Shown: positions 1 through 8,595 of the stretch, one piece after another
How positions within the stretch are numbered: position 1 is the first letter of the stretch
Layout of the letters: each line of letters starts with the position of its first letter
Source: an uncultured Lachnospiraceae bacterium
GTDB lineage: Bacteria; Bacillota; Clostridia; Lachnospirales; Lachnospiraceae
Assembly (NCBI GenBank): GCA_944384025.1
Contig: CALWRS010000004.1
Span: 34,581 to 98,580, forward strand
Reading direction: 5' to 3'
Length of the DNA stretch: 64,000 bases
Notes under the pieces: generated by a model
What the model saw: the letters and a program-made list of their open reading frames with translations, nothing else
Databases searched by the model: none
What the model was told of the DNA's origin: nothing
Position numbers and translations under genes: made by a program

Positions 1-492
1 GGTTACGCAGTTTTGCGCAAGCTGCCTTGCAAAGCTCCAATTGCTTGCAGAGAGCTTTTGAAGGGCAAACATCGAAGGGTATTTCGTGTGCAGCGACTCA
101 TCCACTACGGTCAAATCAGAGTGCACAAGAAGCGGTACGTTTTTCCCATACCGCTTCTCCATCTTTACAATCGCGCGATGCGCCGCTTCCATCTTCTTTG
201 GAAGCCACACATCGTCTTGGTCTGAAAACATCACATAGTCGGCTTTCGAAAGCGAGAGCATTCCCATAAAGTTGGCCGCAGAACTGCCAGAATTAACTAG
301 GTTGCGCCGAATGGACATCTTCTTCGGATAACGGGCGGCATATTCTTCCAAAATGGCAAAAGTCCCGTCTTTGGAGCCGTCATCGGAAACAAACAGCTGC
401 CAATCCGAATACGTCTGCGCAAAAATAGAATCCAGCTGCGCCGCTAAAAATCGCTCTCCTTCGTAGGTCGCCATTAAAACATCAATACTCAT
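1..492 (-). CDS. Glycosyltransferase family 2 (N-terminal part only; C-terminus runs off the left edge)
   Basis: Absent from the ORF track because it has no in-window stop. The reverse complement from the ATG at 490-492 reads MSIDVLMATYEGERFLAAQLDSIFAQTYSDWQLFVSDDGSKDGT..., a classic GT-A/GT2 N-terminus. Its start overlaps the glf stop as ATGA at 489-492. Confidence 0.8.
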   Translation of the reverse strand, partial: MSIDVLMATYEGERFLAAQLDSIFAQTYSDWQLFVSDDGSKDGTFAILEEYAARYPKKMSIRRNLVNSGSSAANFMGMLSLSKADYVMFSDQDDVWLPKKMEAAHRAIVKMEKRYGKNVPLLVHSDLTVVDESLHTKYPSMFALQKLSASNWSFARQLAQNCVT

Positions 493-1580
493 AAACTTTC
501 CACCATACGCAAAGCTGAAGCAATTACCTTGTCCATATCGTAGTACTTATACTCACCAAGCCTGCCGCCAAATAAAACTTTTTCTTCCTTCGCGGCAAGA
601 CACCGGTACCGCTCGTACAAAGCTTGGTTCTGCTCGTTGTTAATCGGGTAATATGGCTCCTTCCCAACGCTCCATTCCGCCGGATACTCGCGGGAAATGA
701 CGGTCTTTGGCTGTTTTCCAAACACAAAGTGCTTATGCTCGATAATGCGGGTATACGGAACTTCGCGCTCGGTGTAATTGACAACGGCATTGCCCTGATA
801 ATTATCCGTATCCAGCACCTGATGCTCAAATTCCACCATGCGATATTGCAAAACTCCTTGCGCATACGCGAAATACTCGTCAATAGCGCCTGTATAAATC
901 ACTTTGTCCGCTAACGCGTCAAGCTCCTTTTTTTCTTTCCCATAATCGACTCCAAGGCGTACCTGCGTGCCGCTAAGCATCCGCTCTACCAGCTTTGTGT
1001 AGCCCTCCACCGGAATGCCTTGATAGCGGTCGTTAAAGTAGTTGTTGTCGTAGGTGAAGCGAAGCGGCAAGCGGCGGATAATGAATGCCGGAAGCTCCTT
1101 ACAGTCTCTGCCCCACTGCTTTTCCGTGTAGCCTTTGATTAATTTTTCGTAAACGTCTCTTCCTACAAGCGAAAGCGCCTGCTCTTCCAGATTTTTCGGC
1201 TCTGAAATTCCTTCGTCTGCAATTTGCTTTGCTATGATTTCCTTCGCCTGCGCCGGCGTGCGCACGCCCCACATTTTGCTAAACGTGTTCATGTTAAAGG
1301 GCAGATTGTACAGCTCGTCCCGGTAAATTGCAATCGGCGAATTAATATAGTTGTTAAATTCTGAAAACTGATTGACATATTTCCAGATTTTCTCGTCAGA
1401 GGTATGAAAAATATGCGCGCCGTACCAATGTACGGGAATCCCCTCCATTTGCTTACAATACGCGTTGCCCGCAATGTGATCCCTGCGGTCAATCACAAGG
1501 CACTTTTTTCCACGCAGCAGCAGCTCGTGCGCTACCGTCGCGCCGAATAAGCCCGCTCCCACAATCAAATAGTCGTACAT
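489..1580 (-). CDS. glf: UDP-galactopyranose mutase
   Basis: 363 aa. FAD Rossmann motif YDYLIVGAGLFGA. Conserved blocks HWYGAHIFHT, YYPINNEQN and GRLGEYKYYDMD. Length is typical of Glf. Confidence 0.93.
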   Translation of the reverse strand: MYDYLIVGAGLFGATVAHELLLRGKKCLVIDRRDHIAGNAYCKQMEGIPVHWYGAHIFHTSDEKIWKYVNQFSEFNNYINSPIAIYRDELYNLPFNMNTFSKMWGVRTPAQAKEIIAKQIADEGISEPKNLEEQALSLVGRDVYEKLIKGYTEKQWGRDCKELPAFIIRRLPLRFTYDNNYFNDRYQGIPVEGYTKLVERMLSGTQVRLGVDYGKEKKELDALADKVIYTGAIDEYFAYAQGVLQYRMVEFEHQVLDTDNYQGNAVVNYTEREVPYTRIIEHKHFVFGKQPKTVISREYPAEWSVGKEPYYPINNEQNQALYERYRCLAAKEEKVLFGGRLGEYKYYDMDKVIASALRMVESL

Positions 1581-1597
1581 ACCTTACCCCCTATCCG

Positions 1598-2338
1598 TCA
1601 ACTGTTGACTTTCTCTTCGTAAATAGCGGCTACTTCATCGACGTCTCCGCTTGCAATCAATTCGCCATGCTCCAGCAAAATTGCTTTGTTGCAAAGGCTT
1701 TTTACCTGCGCGATGCTGTGAGAAACAAACAGCACCGTAACACCTCCGTCAAACATCGACTTAATCTTATTTTCGCTTTTCTTCCGGAATTTTGCATCTC
1801 CAACGGAGAGCACCTCATCCAAAATAAGAATTTCCGGCTCTACAACGGTAGCAATCGAAAAACCAAGGCGGGCGCGCATTCCGGAGGAATAATTTTTAAG
1901 AGGCACATCCAGAAATTTTCCAAGCTCCGAAAACTCTGCAATTTCCGTATACTTCTCGTTTAAGAAACTGCGGGAAAATCCGAGCACCGAGCCGTAAAGG
2001 TAGATGTTTTCGCGCCCCGTATATTGCATGTCAAACCCCGCGCCAAGCTCCAAAAGCGGCGCTATTTTTCCGTGGACGCGCACTGTGCCTTTGGTCGGCT
2101 TTAATACGCCGGAAATCACTTTTAGCAGCGTGGATTTTCCTGCGCCGTTTAAGCCAAGGATGCCGACGCGGTCGCCTTTTTCCACCTGAAAGTTGATATT
2201 TTTCAGTGCCCAGAACTCGCTGTAGCGAATATCTCCCTTCAGTTTTTTTATCAGAAAGGTTTTAAGATCGTCTACCTTTTCCTCACTGAGATTAAAGCAA
2301 AGACTGACATCGTTTACTTCAATAGCCTTTTTTCCCAT
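1598..2338 (-). CDS. Polysaccharide/teichoic-acid ABC exporter ATP-binding protein (TagH/Wzt-like, short form)
   Basis: 246 aa. Walker A GLNGAGKST, ABC signature YSSGM, Walker B ILILDE. It lacks the C-terminal extension seen in B. subtilis TagH and in Wzt. Confidence 0.88.
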   Translation of the reverse strand: MGKKAIEVNDVSLCFNLSEEKVDDLKTFLIKKLKGDIRYSEFWALKNINFQVEKGDRVGILGLNGAGKSTLLKVISGVLKPTKGTVRVHGKIAPLLELGAGFDMQYTGRENIYLYGSVLGFSRSFLNEKYTEIAEFSELGKFLDVPLKNYSSGMRARLGFSIATVVEPEILILDEVLSVGDAKFRKKSENKIKSMFDGGVTVLFVSHSIAQVKSLCNKAILLEHGELIASGDVDEVAAIYEEKVNS

Positions 2339-2349
2339 TAGATTTTATC

Positions 2350-3813
2350 CTACTTTCTGTCTGTAGAGCAATCCTTTGCATTTTTCTTTGCTCTATGTTT
2401 ATGAGCGCAGTACACATGCACCATCTTTGATTTCAGCTTTTGCTTCAAAGAAGACCGCATAAGTTCCAGCTCGTGCCGCAGACGCTGATTTTCCAACCGC
2501 AATTTGTATGCATCAAGCAGTTTCTTCCCTTCCTCCGAGTCATCGATTGCCAAAAGCTGCAGCTCGTTCTTTTCTTCGGCCTGCTTCCATTTTTTCCGCA
2601 GCGCAGAGCGCCGCTCTCCTACCTGATACGCCTTTCGGTCAATACCAGAGCCGTCCATGGCGCGATCCATATAATCTAGCAAATCTCCCATATCGAAATC
2701 TGAAATAGTGGAAAAGCAATTTTTCTTCAAGAAATTTTGGTGCCATGCCTTCAAAAAAATCCAAGCGTTGCTCGCCTTCTCCTCTTCGCTTAGCTGCACC
2801 GGCTGCTGCCCAATGGACTGAAGGTATTGGTTCCAAAAAGGCGTAGGTTCCAGCAAAAAGCAGCCGCGATTATGTCTAACGGGCATGTAGTTTCTGGAAA
2901 CATCAATTAACGTCGCTTCTACTTTGCGAAGCTGGTTAATTACAATCTGCGGCACCAAGAAATGGTCGGTCGTCCGGTTGAGGACGATCAGCTTTGTATC
3001 TGGCTTTGCAAACAGAGCAAAGTGCGAGAGCGTGCCGCAGCAGCAGGCAATTTCCTTTGCCCCTGCGGCAAGTGCAAATTGCTCCTTAACAGGTAGTTTT
3101 TCCGGCGCCGCCACATGGTAGCCCTGTTCCCGAAAATAGTTTTTGAAGTATATCTCGTTTAAGCAGTCCTGTTTTTCAAACTGTGTTCTTGTGAAGTAAA
3201 CTTTTTCGTACGGGCTTGCCGGCAGACGCTGCGCGATCGCATCGTAAACGTAGTTCAATTCCGTACGATAGCCGGACCAAAGATACATTGTTTCATCCGG
3301 TACGATAAGCATGTCGTAGCGCGTAGGCGTCGAAACGTACTCCACCTTTTCCGGCGGAATACCCATAAGCTCGTACATATCGTTAATCCAGCTGGGGATT
3401 TCTGTTGTAATTGCGAACACAATTCGGTCGTACTCGCCCGGATGCTGTACGACCCACCAAAGCCGGGAAAGTCCTTCGGAAAAGAAATGACCGAAGTGAC
3501 CGTCTACTACGCCGCCAAAAACAGCGGTGCCCGTAACCGCATGAATCTCGTTTTCGGGAACTGCGTACGCCCGAATACACGATTTGTTCATTTCTCGATC
3601 CTGTTTGCGCGTCCAACCTCCTACAAAGTTTCCGTTTTCATCACAGGCTCCGCCTAGGCTTACATAGTCAATCATACCCGGCTTTTTTTCTTTCCGCACA
3701 GGAAGCACCATGCCGTGCGGGTACTGCACAGCTTTTGCAGGCTCCAAAATGCGGTAGTCCTTTTCACATACTTCTCTCCACTTTTTCTCTCTTTGCACGA
3801 ATAAAGTTTCCAA
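2350..3813 (-). CDS. Glycosyltransferase 61 / DUF563-like protein with C-terminal coiled-coil tail
   Basis: 487 aa. The motif VVDGHFGHFFSEGLSRLWW resembles the GT61/DUF563 signature. The last ~90 aa are heptad-like and Lys/Arg/Glu-rich (LRLENQRLRHELELMRSSLKQKLKSK). The track start is TTG with a distant SD, so the start is uncertain. Confidence 0.5.
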   Translation of the reverse strand: METLFVQREKKWREVCEKDYRILEPAKAVQYPHGMVLPVRKEKKPGMIDYVSLGGACDENGNFVGGWTRKQDREMNKSCIRAYAVPENEIHAVTGTAVFGGVVDGHFGHFFSEGLSRLWWVVQHPGEYDRIVFAITTEIPSWINDMYELMGIPPEKVEYVSTPTRYDMLIVPDETMYLWSGYRTELNYVYDAIAQRLPASPYEKVYFTRTQFEKQDCLNEIYFKNYFREQGYHVAAPEKLPVKEQFALAAGAKEIACCCGTLSHFALFAKPDTKLIVLNRTTDHFLVPQIVINQLRKVEATLIDVSRNYMPVRHNRGCFLLEPTPFWNQYLQSIGQQPVQLSEEEKASNAWIFLKAWHQNFLKKNCFSTISDFDMGDLLDYMDRAMDGSGIDRKAYQVGERRSALRKKWKQAEEKNELQLLAIDDSEEGKKLLDAYKLRLENQRLRHELELMRSSLKQKLKSKMVHVYCAHKHRAKKNAKDCSTDRK

Positions 3814-3858
3814 TGAGCATTTTCACTCCCTTTCCAAACAAAGTTTGTCTTCTTCCCC

Positions 3859-5640
3859 TTAAATATGGAGTATAAATTCGTCCTGTTTTCGGTAAAAAAC
3901 AGTAAACCCAACAAACAAAGAAATTCCGGCAAAGACGCATCCAAGAAGCATTGTATCTCCGTCCAGCCCCTTTCCTTCCATAACCGTTAGGCGGAAGTTA
4001 TAAATCATCAAGTAAACCGGATTTACTTTAAATATCCAGCCGGCGCTGCTGTTTTTCAGGGCATCCGCCTGATAAAACACAGCGGAGCAGTACATTAACA
4101 ACAGTAGAAACACGTTCCAAAGATACTCAATGTCGCGGAAAAATACGTTAATCGTCGCAAGAAGCATCCCAATCCCCACCGCAAACATAAGCAATACAAA
4201 AATCGGTACAAGTCCTTCTACCAGATGCCAAGTAAGCGGCACTTTTTTGTATGCCATCACAAGTCCCAAATCAATTAGTGAAATCAAAAACAGTACGAAA
4301 TTGTACAAAATCGTGGACAGCGGGTACATATACTTAGGCACATAAACTTTTTTAATCATAGTCGCGTTTGATCGAATAGAGCGAAGCGCTTCTTTTGTCG
4401 TGCTTTGAAAAAGCGTAAACATCAAACGCCCGGTTAGAATATACACCGCGTAAAGCGGGTCGTTGCGCCCGAAAAAGCTCCGGAACACGTAGGTGAGCAC
4501 CATCATCGTAAGGAGCGGCTCTACAAGGGACCAAAGGATTCCTAAAAACGAGCGGCGGTATTTAAGCACAATTCCCTTTTTCACTAGCTCAAGCAGCAAA
4601 AACCGATACTTTGTCATGTTTCTAAGCGCTGTCCGAAACTGTCTTCCGCGCATCGTCCCGTGCAAAGGAAACCACAAAAGCTGCACAAAAACATCCAGTG
4701 TATCGCTAAGCAGCACCGCTGCAAGAAGGAGCATGAGCGGCACGTAAAGAATCAGCCAATGCGCCTCGCTAATCATCCGCAAAATCGAAACGTATCCGCC
4801 CTCGTAGGTAAGAATACGCAGCAGCGGCAGGAAGAGCACGGCGCCAAATAAGTTTTTAGGTTTCTGAAAAACTGCCTGCAAAAATTCCGAAAGAGAAAGC
4901 AGTGCAAACAAGGCGGCAAACGTCAGCAAGCTTTGCAGCAAATGCAAAAGAAGAAGTTCTCCTCCCTGCGTTGTAACCGTATAAAAGGACGTAAAGAACA
5001 ATTGCCCAAGCGGCCGTAAAAACGAAAGATTGGCAATAGCCACGCATCCAAAAAGAAGCAAAAACAGCGCGGAAGCAATTTGTACCGCTTTTATCCGCAA
5101 AACACTGGGCAGGTCTTTTTTTGCAAGTTCCCAGCCAAGTATTACGTAAGGAAATCCCCGCAAAAGCGAAGAAAGCGCCGGTAAAGATTCTGGCATCTTC
5201 ACCAAATCCGGAACAAACGATACCAAAACAAAAAGACCAAACCAAAGCCACGCCGGCGCCTTAGCGGCAATAAAGAGAAAAAGTGCGGCAAACGTAATTA
5301 ATCCAAGCGCAAGAAGCATGGCTTCTTCCGCCAAAGCTACCGTCGTTTTTTGTCCTCGCAGACAAAGCGTCGCCGTAATCAGCGAAAGCAAAACGCTTAA
5401 AAGAAGCGTGTACCCGTAAAACAAAAGCGTCTTGCCCGTTATAGCTCCCTGCGCGCACCTCTGCCGCAAATTAGCCCCGAGCGCCAGCAAAATCGCCGGA
5501 GTTCCAACCGTTGCCGCCGCAAAAAAAATGCTCTCTAAAAGCGGCGACGTGGCGGCAAAGACAGCCGAAAGCTGTTCCAGCGTAACGCTTAGAACTGCCA
5601 AAACAAAAAAACAGTTCCAAGGAGTAAACTTTTTATTCAT
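3859..5640 (-). CDS. ABC-2 type exporter permease (TagG/Wzm-like) fused to a ~330-aa N-terminal polytopic membrane domain
   Basis: 593 aa. The C-terminal ~260 aa (from about MRGRQFRTALRNMTKYRFLLLELVKKGIVLKYRRSFLGILWSLVEPLL) look like a TagG/ABC-2 permease. The N-terminal ~330 aa form many hydrophobic helices that I do not recognise. No in-frame stop separates the two parts. Confidence 0.75.
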   Translation of the reverse strand: MNKKFTPWNCFFVLAVLSVTLEQLSAVFAATSPLLESIFFAAATVGTPAILLALGANLRQRCAQGAITGKTLLFYGYTLLLSVLLSLITATLCLRGQKTTVALAEEAMLLALGLITFAALFLFIAAKAPAWLWFGLFVLVSFVPDLVKMPESLPALSSLLRGFPYVILGWELAKKDLPSVLRIKAVQIASALFLLLFGCVAIANLSFLRPLGQLFFTSFYTVTTQGGELLLLHLLQSLLTFAALFALLSLSEFLQAVFQKPKNLFGAVLFLPLLRILTYEGGYVSILRMISEAHWLILYVPLMLLLAAVLLSDTLDVFVQLLWFPLHGTMRGRQFRTALRNMTKYRFLLLELVKKGIVLKYRRSFLGILWSLVEPLLTMMVLTYVFRSFFGRNDPLYAVYILTGRLMFTLFQSTTKEALRSIRSNATMIKKVYVPKYMYPLSTILYNFVLFLISLIDLGLVMAYKKVPLTWHLVEGLVPIFVLLMFAVGIGMLLATINVFFRDIEYLWNVFLLLLMYCSAVFYQADALKNSSAGWIFKVNPVYLMIYNFRLTVMEGKGLDGDTMLLGCVFAGISLFVGFTVFYRKQDEFILHI

Positions 5641-5723
5641 AGCTTATTTATTTCGCAGAGCCCTCTGCGTTTCCTTTCTAATTCCTCCGGTATGATTGCA
5701 TACAAAAGCTGCTTAAATCCCGG

Positions 5724-6875
5724 CTATGCGCGCTTCATCAGCCGCTGCAGCAGCCGCCGGCTATAGCCGTATTCCATAGGGCAGTCGTAATGATGTTCCA
5801 GAAAATACGCTGCATTTTTCAGACCGCCTTCTGGATGCAAGATTGCTTCCGGAAGCTCTTTTGCCAAGCGCAAAATTCCTCCCGGCAGCTCGTTAAAGTC
5901 CAAATAGCACCCTCGGTCGTACGTCTCTAAGTCGTAAACAAAAAACAGAAGCGGCTTTTTTAAAAGCGCATACTCAACCGATGTACACGAATAATCCGTA
6001 ATCATTACGTCAGAGACAGTATAAAGCGCTTTCGCGTCTGGATAATCCGACACATTTTTGCAATTTTTCGGAAGCTCGCCTACGCCTTTTGGCGGACGCT
6101 GCGGATGAAACCGCACAAGAAGCATATATTCTGTCCCAAGCGCCTCTAAAAGCTTCCCGGCTTCCAAATGCTCCCATATGGCATTGTTTTCGTCTGGATT
6201 TGTCCGAAACGTAGGCGTATATAGTACAAGCTTTTTTCCTTTGCACTCCGGATACTTTTTGTAAAAGCGCTCTGCCGCTCGCTGCTTGCGAAGCGGGTCA
6301 AAGTAGTAATCCATAAACGGAAGTCCGTCGGGATAAATATTTTTCCTAGGAATTCCAAGCGCCGACTCGTAGATAGGCACAATTTCCTTTGCGGTTACCG
6401 GCACGTAATCTACTCTTCGATTTCCTTTTTTTACTAAGCGCCGCACGTCCTCATCCGGTTCTGTATCCAGACCAAACCGTTTAAAAGCTCCTGCTCCGTG
6501 CCATAGCTGGATAAGCACGGCATCCGGAGAAAAAGGCATATAAGCAAGCGGCAGAAAATTATCGTTTAGGAAAATATAGTGCGAGGTCGCCATATGATAG
6601 TTTACAACAAAAAACAATCCGAAGCTGCCAAACACTTTTTGCAGCTTGTTTGCAGCCGCCGATTTTCCCTTTGGCGTAAAGAGCTGCTTTTTGGAAATAA
6701 CGACTCGCCGGATTCCCGGATACTCTTTTTTCATGGCGTCATGGACATAGCGAATGTTCCCCTGAAAATTGCAATTATGCCCCATAAAGAAAAACGCTTT
6801 TTCCTGTTTCATCCCAAACAGGCGAAACAAGCGAAACAATAGTCCGTAGATGCGATACCACCATATATTCATCAC
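5724..6875 (-). CDS. CDP-glycerol/alditol-phosphate phosphotransferase, TagB/TagF family
   Basis: 383 aa. TagF-family blocks QLWHGAGAFKRFG, LYTPTFR and ITDYSCTSVEYALLKKPLLFFVYDLETY. Confidence 0.85.
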   Translation of the reverse strand: MMNIWWYRIYGLLFRLFRLFGMKQEKAFFFMGHNCNFQGNIRYVHDAMKKEYPGIRRVVISKKQLFTPKGKSAAANKLQKVFGSFGLFFVVNYHMATSHYIFLNDNFLPLAYMPFSPDAVLIQLWHGAGAFKRFGLDTEPDEDVRRLVKKGNRRVDYVPVTAKEIVPIYESALGIPRKNIYPDGLPFMDYYFDPLRKQRAAERFYKKYPECKGKKLVLYTPTFRTNPDENNAIWEHLEAGKLLEALGTEYMLLVRFHPQRPPKGVGELPKNCKNVSDYPDAKALYTVSDVMITDYSCTSVEYALLKKPLLFFVYDLETYDRGCYLDFNELPGGILRLAKELPEAILHPEGGLKNAAYFLEHHYDCPMEYGYSRRLLQRLMKRA

Positions 6876-6877
6876 AT

Positions 6878-7594
6878 TTACCCGAAAATCTGCTCGCTCT
6901 CGCGAAGATCATAGAGCGCGCGGAAAACATAAAAGTCATTGGGCGTCGTAATTTTAATGTTGCTCCGAAGCCCTTCCACCATGTGCATTTCGTAGCCATG
7001 CCTTTTCATAAGCATACAGGAATCGATGGCCGTATTTTGCCCTGCCGCCCGCTCAATTTCATGAACCGCAAGGATATCCTTTAAGAAAAAGCTCTGCGGT
7101 GCCTGCGCCGTATAAAGCGCCTTTCGCTCCGGCACACGCTCAACCATAACACCGTCTGCGGACTCTACAATCGTTTCGTTGCAGGAAACTGCCGAGATAG
7201 CGTTCCCGAATTCGAGCGTAGACTGGATGTTGCGGCTAATCAAATCCTTGTCAATGAGCGGCCGCACGCCGTCGTGAATGAGTACGACCGAATCTTCCGC
7301 AAACTTCTCCGACGCCGCCTTTAAAGCGTTGTAGATAGATTCCTGTCCGGTGCTTCCGCCAGGCACAACTTCTACGACCTTCGTGATTTCAAATTTTCTC
7401 AGCAGCTTTTTCAGGTAAGGAATCCAATCCGACAGGCAGGAAATAACTATCCCGTCAATGTCCGGATGGTTTTCAAAAACCTCCAGCGTATGAATAATAA
7501 TCGGCTTCCCATACAACTCCAAAAACTGCTTTGGCTTTCCGTTCGTCTTCATCCGGTGACCGCTTCCGCCAGCAAAGATAATACCAATATTCAT
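6878..7594 (-). CDS. IspD/TarI-family cytidylyltransferase (paralog 2)
   Basis: MNIGIIFAGGSGHRM...KPKQFL, HDGVRP, AQAPQSF, KITTPNDF. Start moved to the ATG at 7594, preceded by AGGAGG. The track start at 7618 has no SD. Confidence 0.85.
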   Translation of the reverse strand: MNIGIIFAGGSGHRMKTNGKPKQFLELYGKPIIIHTLEVFENHPDIDGIVISCLSDWIPYLKKLLRKFEITKVVEVVPGGSTGQESIYNALKAASEKFAEDSVVLIHDGVRPLIDKDLISRNIQSTLEFGNAISAVSCNETIVESADGVMVERVPERKALYTAQAPQSFFLKDILAVHEIERAAGQNTAIDSCMLMKRHGYEMHMVEGLRSNIKITTPNDFYVFRALYDLRESEQIFG

Positions 7595-7654
7595 AAATTT
7601 CCTCCTGTTGTCCTGCACTTCCCCCTCACGGCAGCACTGTTATTCCTAGTGGAC

Positions 7655-7682
7655 AGTATAACAGATTTTTCCTTAAAATCAA
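7655..7682 (-). promoter_or_regulatory. Putative sigma-A promoter inside the glycopolymer locus
   Basis: Minus strand reads TTGATT, 16 nt, TATACT, with a TG at the extended -10 position. It lies in the 88-nt gap upstream of the cytidylyltransferase at 7594. A 7-bp inverted repeat (CTGTTAT, 14 nt, ATAACAG; 7637-7664) overlaps the -10. Confidence 0.5.
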
Positions 7683-7706
7683 CCGAGTTGTCCCAAAAGA
7701 GTAATT

Positions 7707-8546
7707 TTACTCCGGAAATTGTAGTTTTACGATTGCGTGATTTGCCACTCTTTTCTCCTCCGGCGGCAGCTTTTTATAATCTCCATACGAGTAAGTTAAA
7801 TACCGGTGCGCGTCGCTTGGGATCGGCAGCTTATGCCCGCAAAATTCTGCCTGCTTCGGCTTCCCAAGCCAAGATATGGGGAACGCTCCGTGGTTAATGT
7901 GCTCTCCTGTCCCATCGTAATAAAAGCCGCTCTTTTTCCTGCGATAGCGCGTCAGCGCCCGGTCCGTGTGCTTTTCCCAGGTTTCCACACGGCTGTGCCG
8001 AATGAAAAAGTTAACGATGCTATAAAACAGGCGCGGCTTTCGGTCGTATTGCTTTTTGCTCCAAGTAGCGACAAGCATAGCGCGGCACGCCTTCGTCTCC
8101 CACAAGTGCAGCTTTTGAAAAAAAGGCGTGTTCGCTGTTTTGTCGTGGATAAAAATATCTAAGAAAATGCCCGGATGCATTCCGGTCTGCTTTGCTCCAA
8201 ATTCTGTCACATAAACGCTTTCGTTTCTGCGAATTTTCGGATTTACGTAGTGCGCATAAGGGTCGGTGTCCCGATCCTGATAAAAATAACGCGGGTCGAG
8301 CTCTTTTTTTACAACGCTGCGAAACTTTTCGTAGTCTTTTCGCCTGAAAATCAGGTCTGCATCGTCGTCCCAAGGAATAAAGCCCTGATGCCGTACAGCG
8401 CCAAGAAGCGTTCCGCCGCCCAGATAGTAAGTAATCCGGTGCTTTTTACAGATGCGATCCACTTCAAGAATCATTTCCAGCAAAATTTCTTGCAGCCGCG
8501 CCAGTTCTTCTGCGGACAATTCTCTTCTTTCCAGCTTTTTCTCCAT
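7707..8546 (-). CDS. LicD-family phosphotransferase
   Basis: YYLGGGTLLGAVRHQGFIPWDDDADL is the LicD signature. Start moved to the ATG at 8546 (MEKKLERREL), preceded by GGGAGG. This removes the 26-nt overlap with the upstream SDR gene. Confidence 0.85.
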   Translation of the reverse strand: MEKKLERRELSAEELARLQEILLEMILEVDRICKKHRITYYLGGGTLLGAVRHQGFIPWDDDADLIFRRKDYEKFRSVVKKELDPRYFYQDRDTDPYAHYVNPKIRRNESVYVTEFGAKQTGMHPGIFLDIFIHDKTANTPFFQKLHLWETKACRAMLVATWSKKQYDRKPRLFYSIVNFFIRHSRVETWEKHTDRALTRYRRKKSGFYYDGTGEHINHGAFPISWLGKPKQAEFCGHKLPIPSDAHRYLTYSYGDYKKLPPEEKRVANHAIVKLQFPE

Positions 8547-8595
8547 CGCCGCCTCCCGGCAGCCTGCGTCTAGGCAGGCATACTTTTCCAAAGTT

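Noticed and set aside
4654-5640. Treating the N-terminal part of the 593-aa permease ORF as a separate upstream gene
   Set aside because: There is no in-frame stop between the two parts, and I saw no convincing SD before the internal Met codons. I kept it as a fusion but flagged internal initiation as possible.
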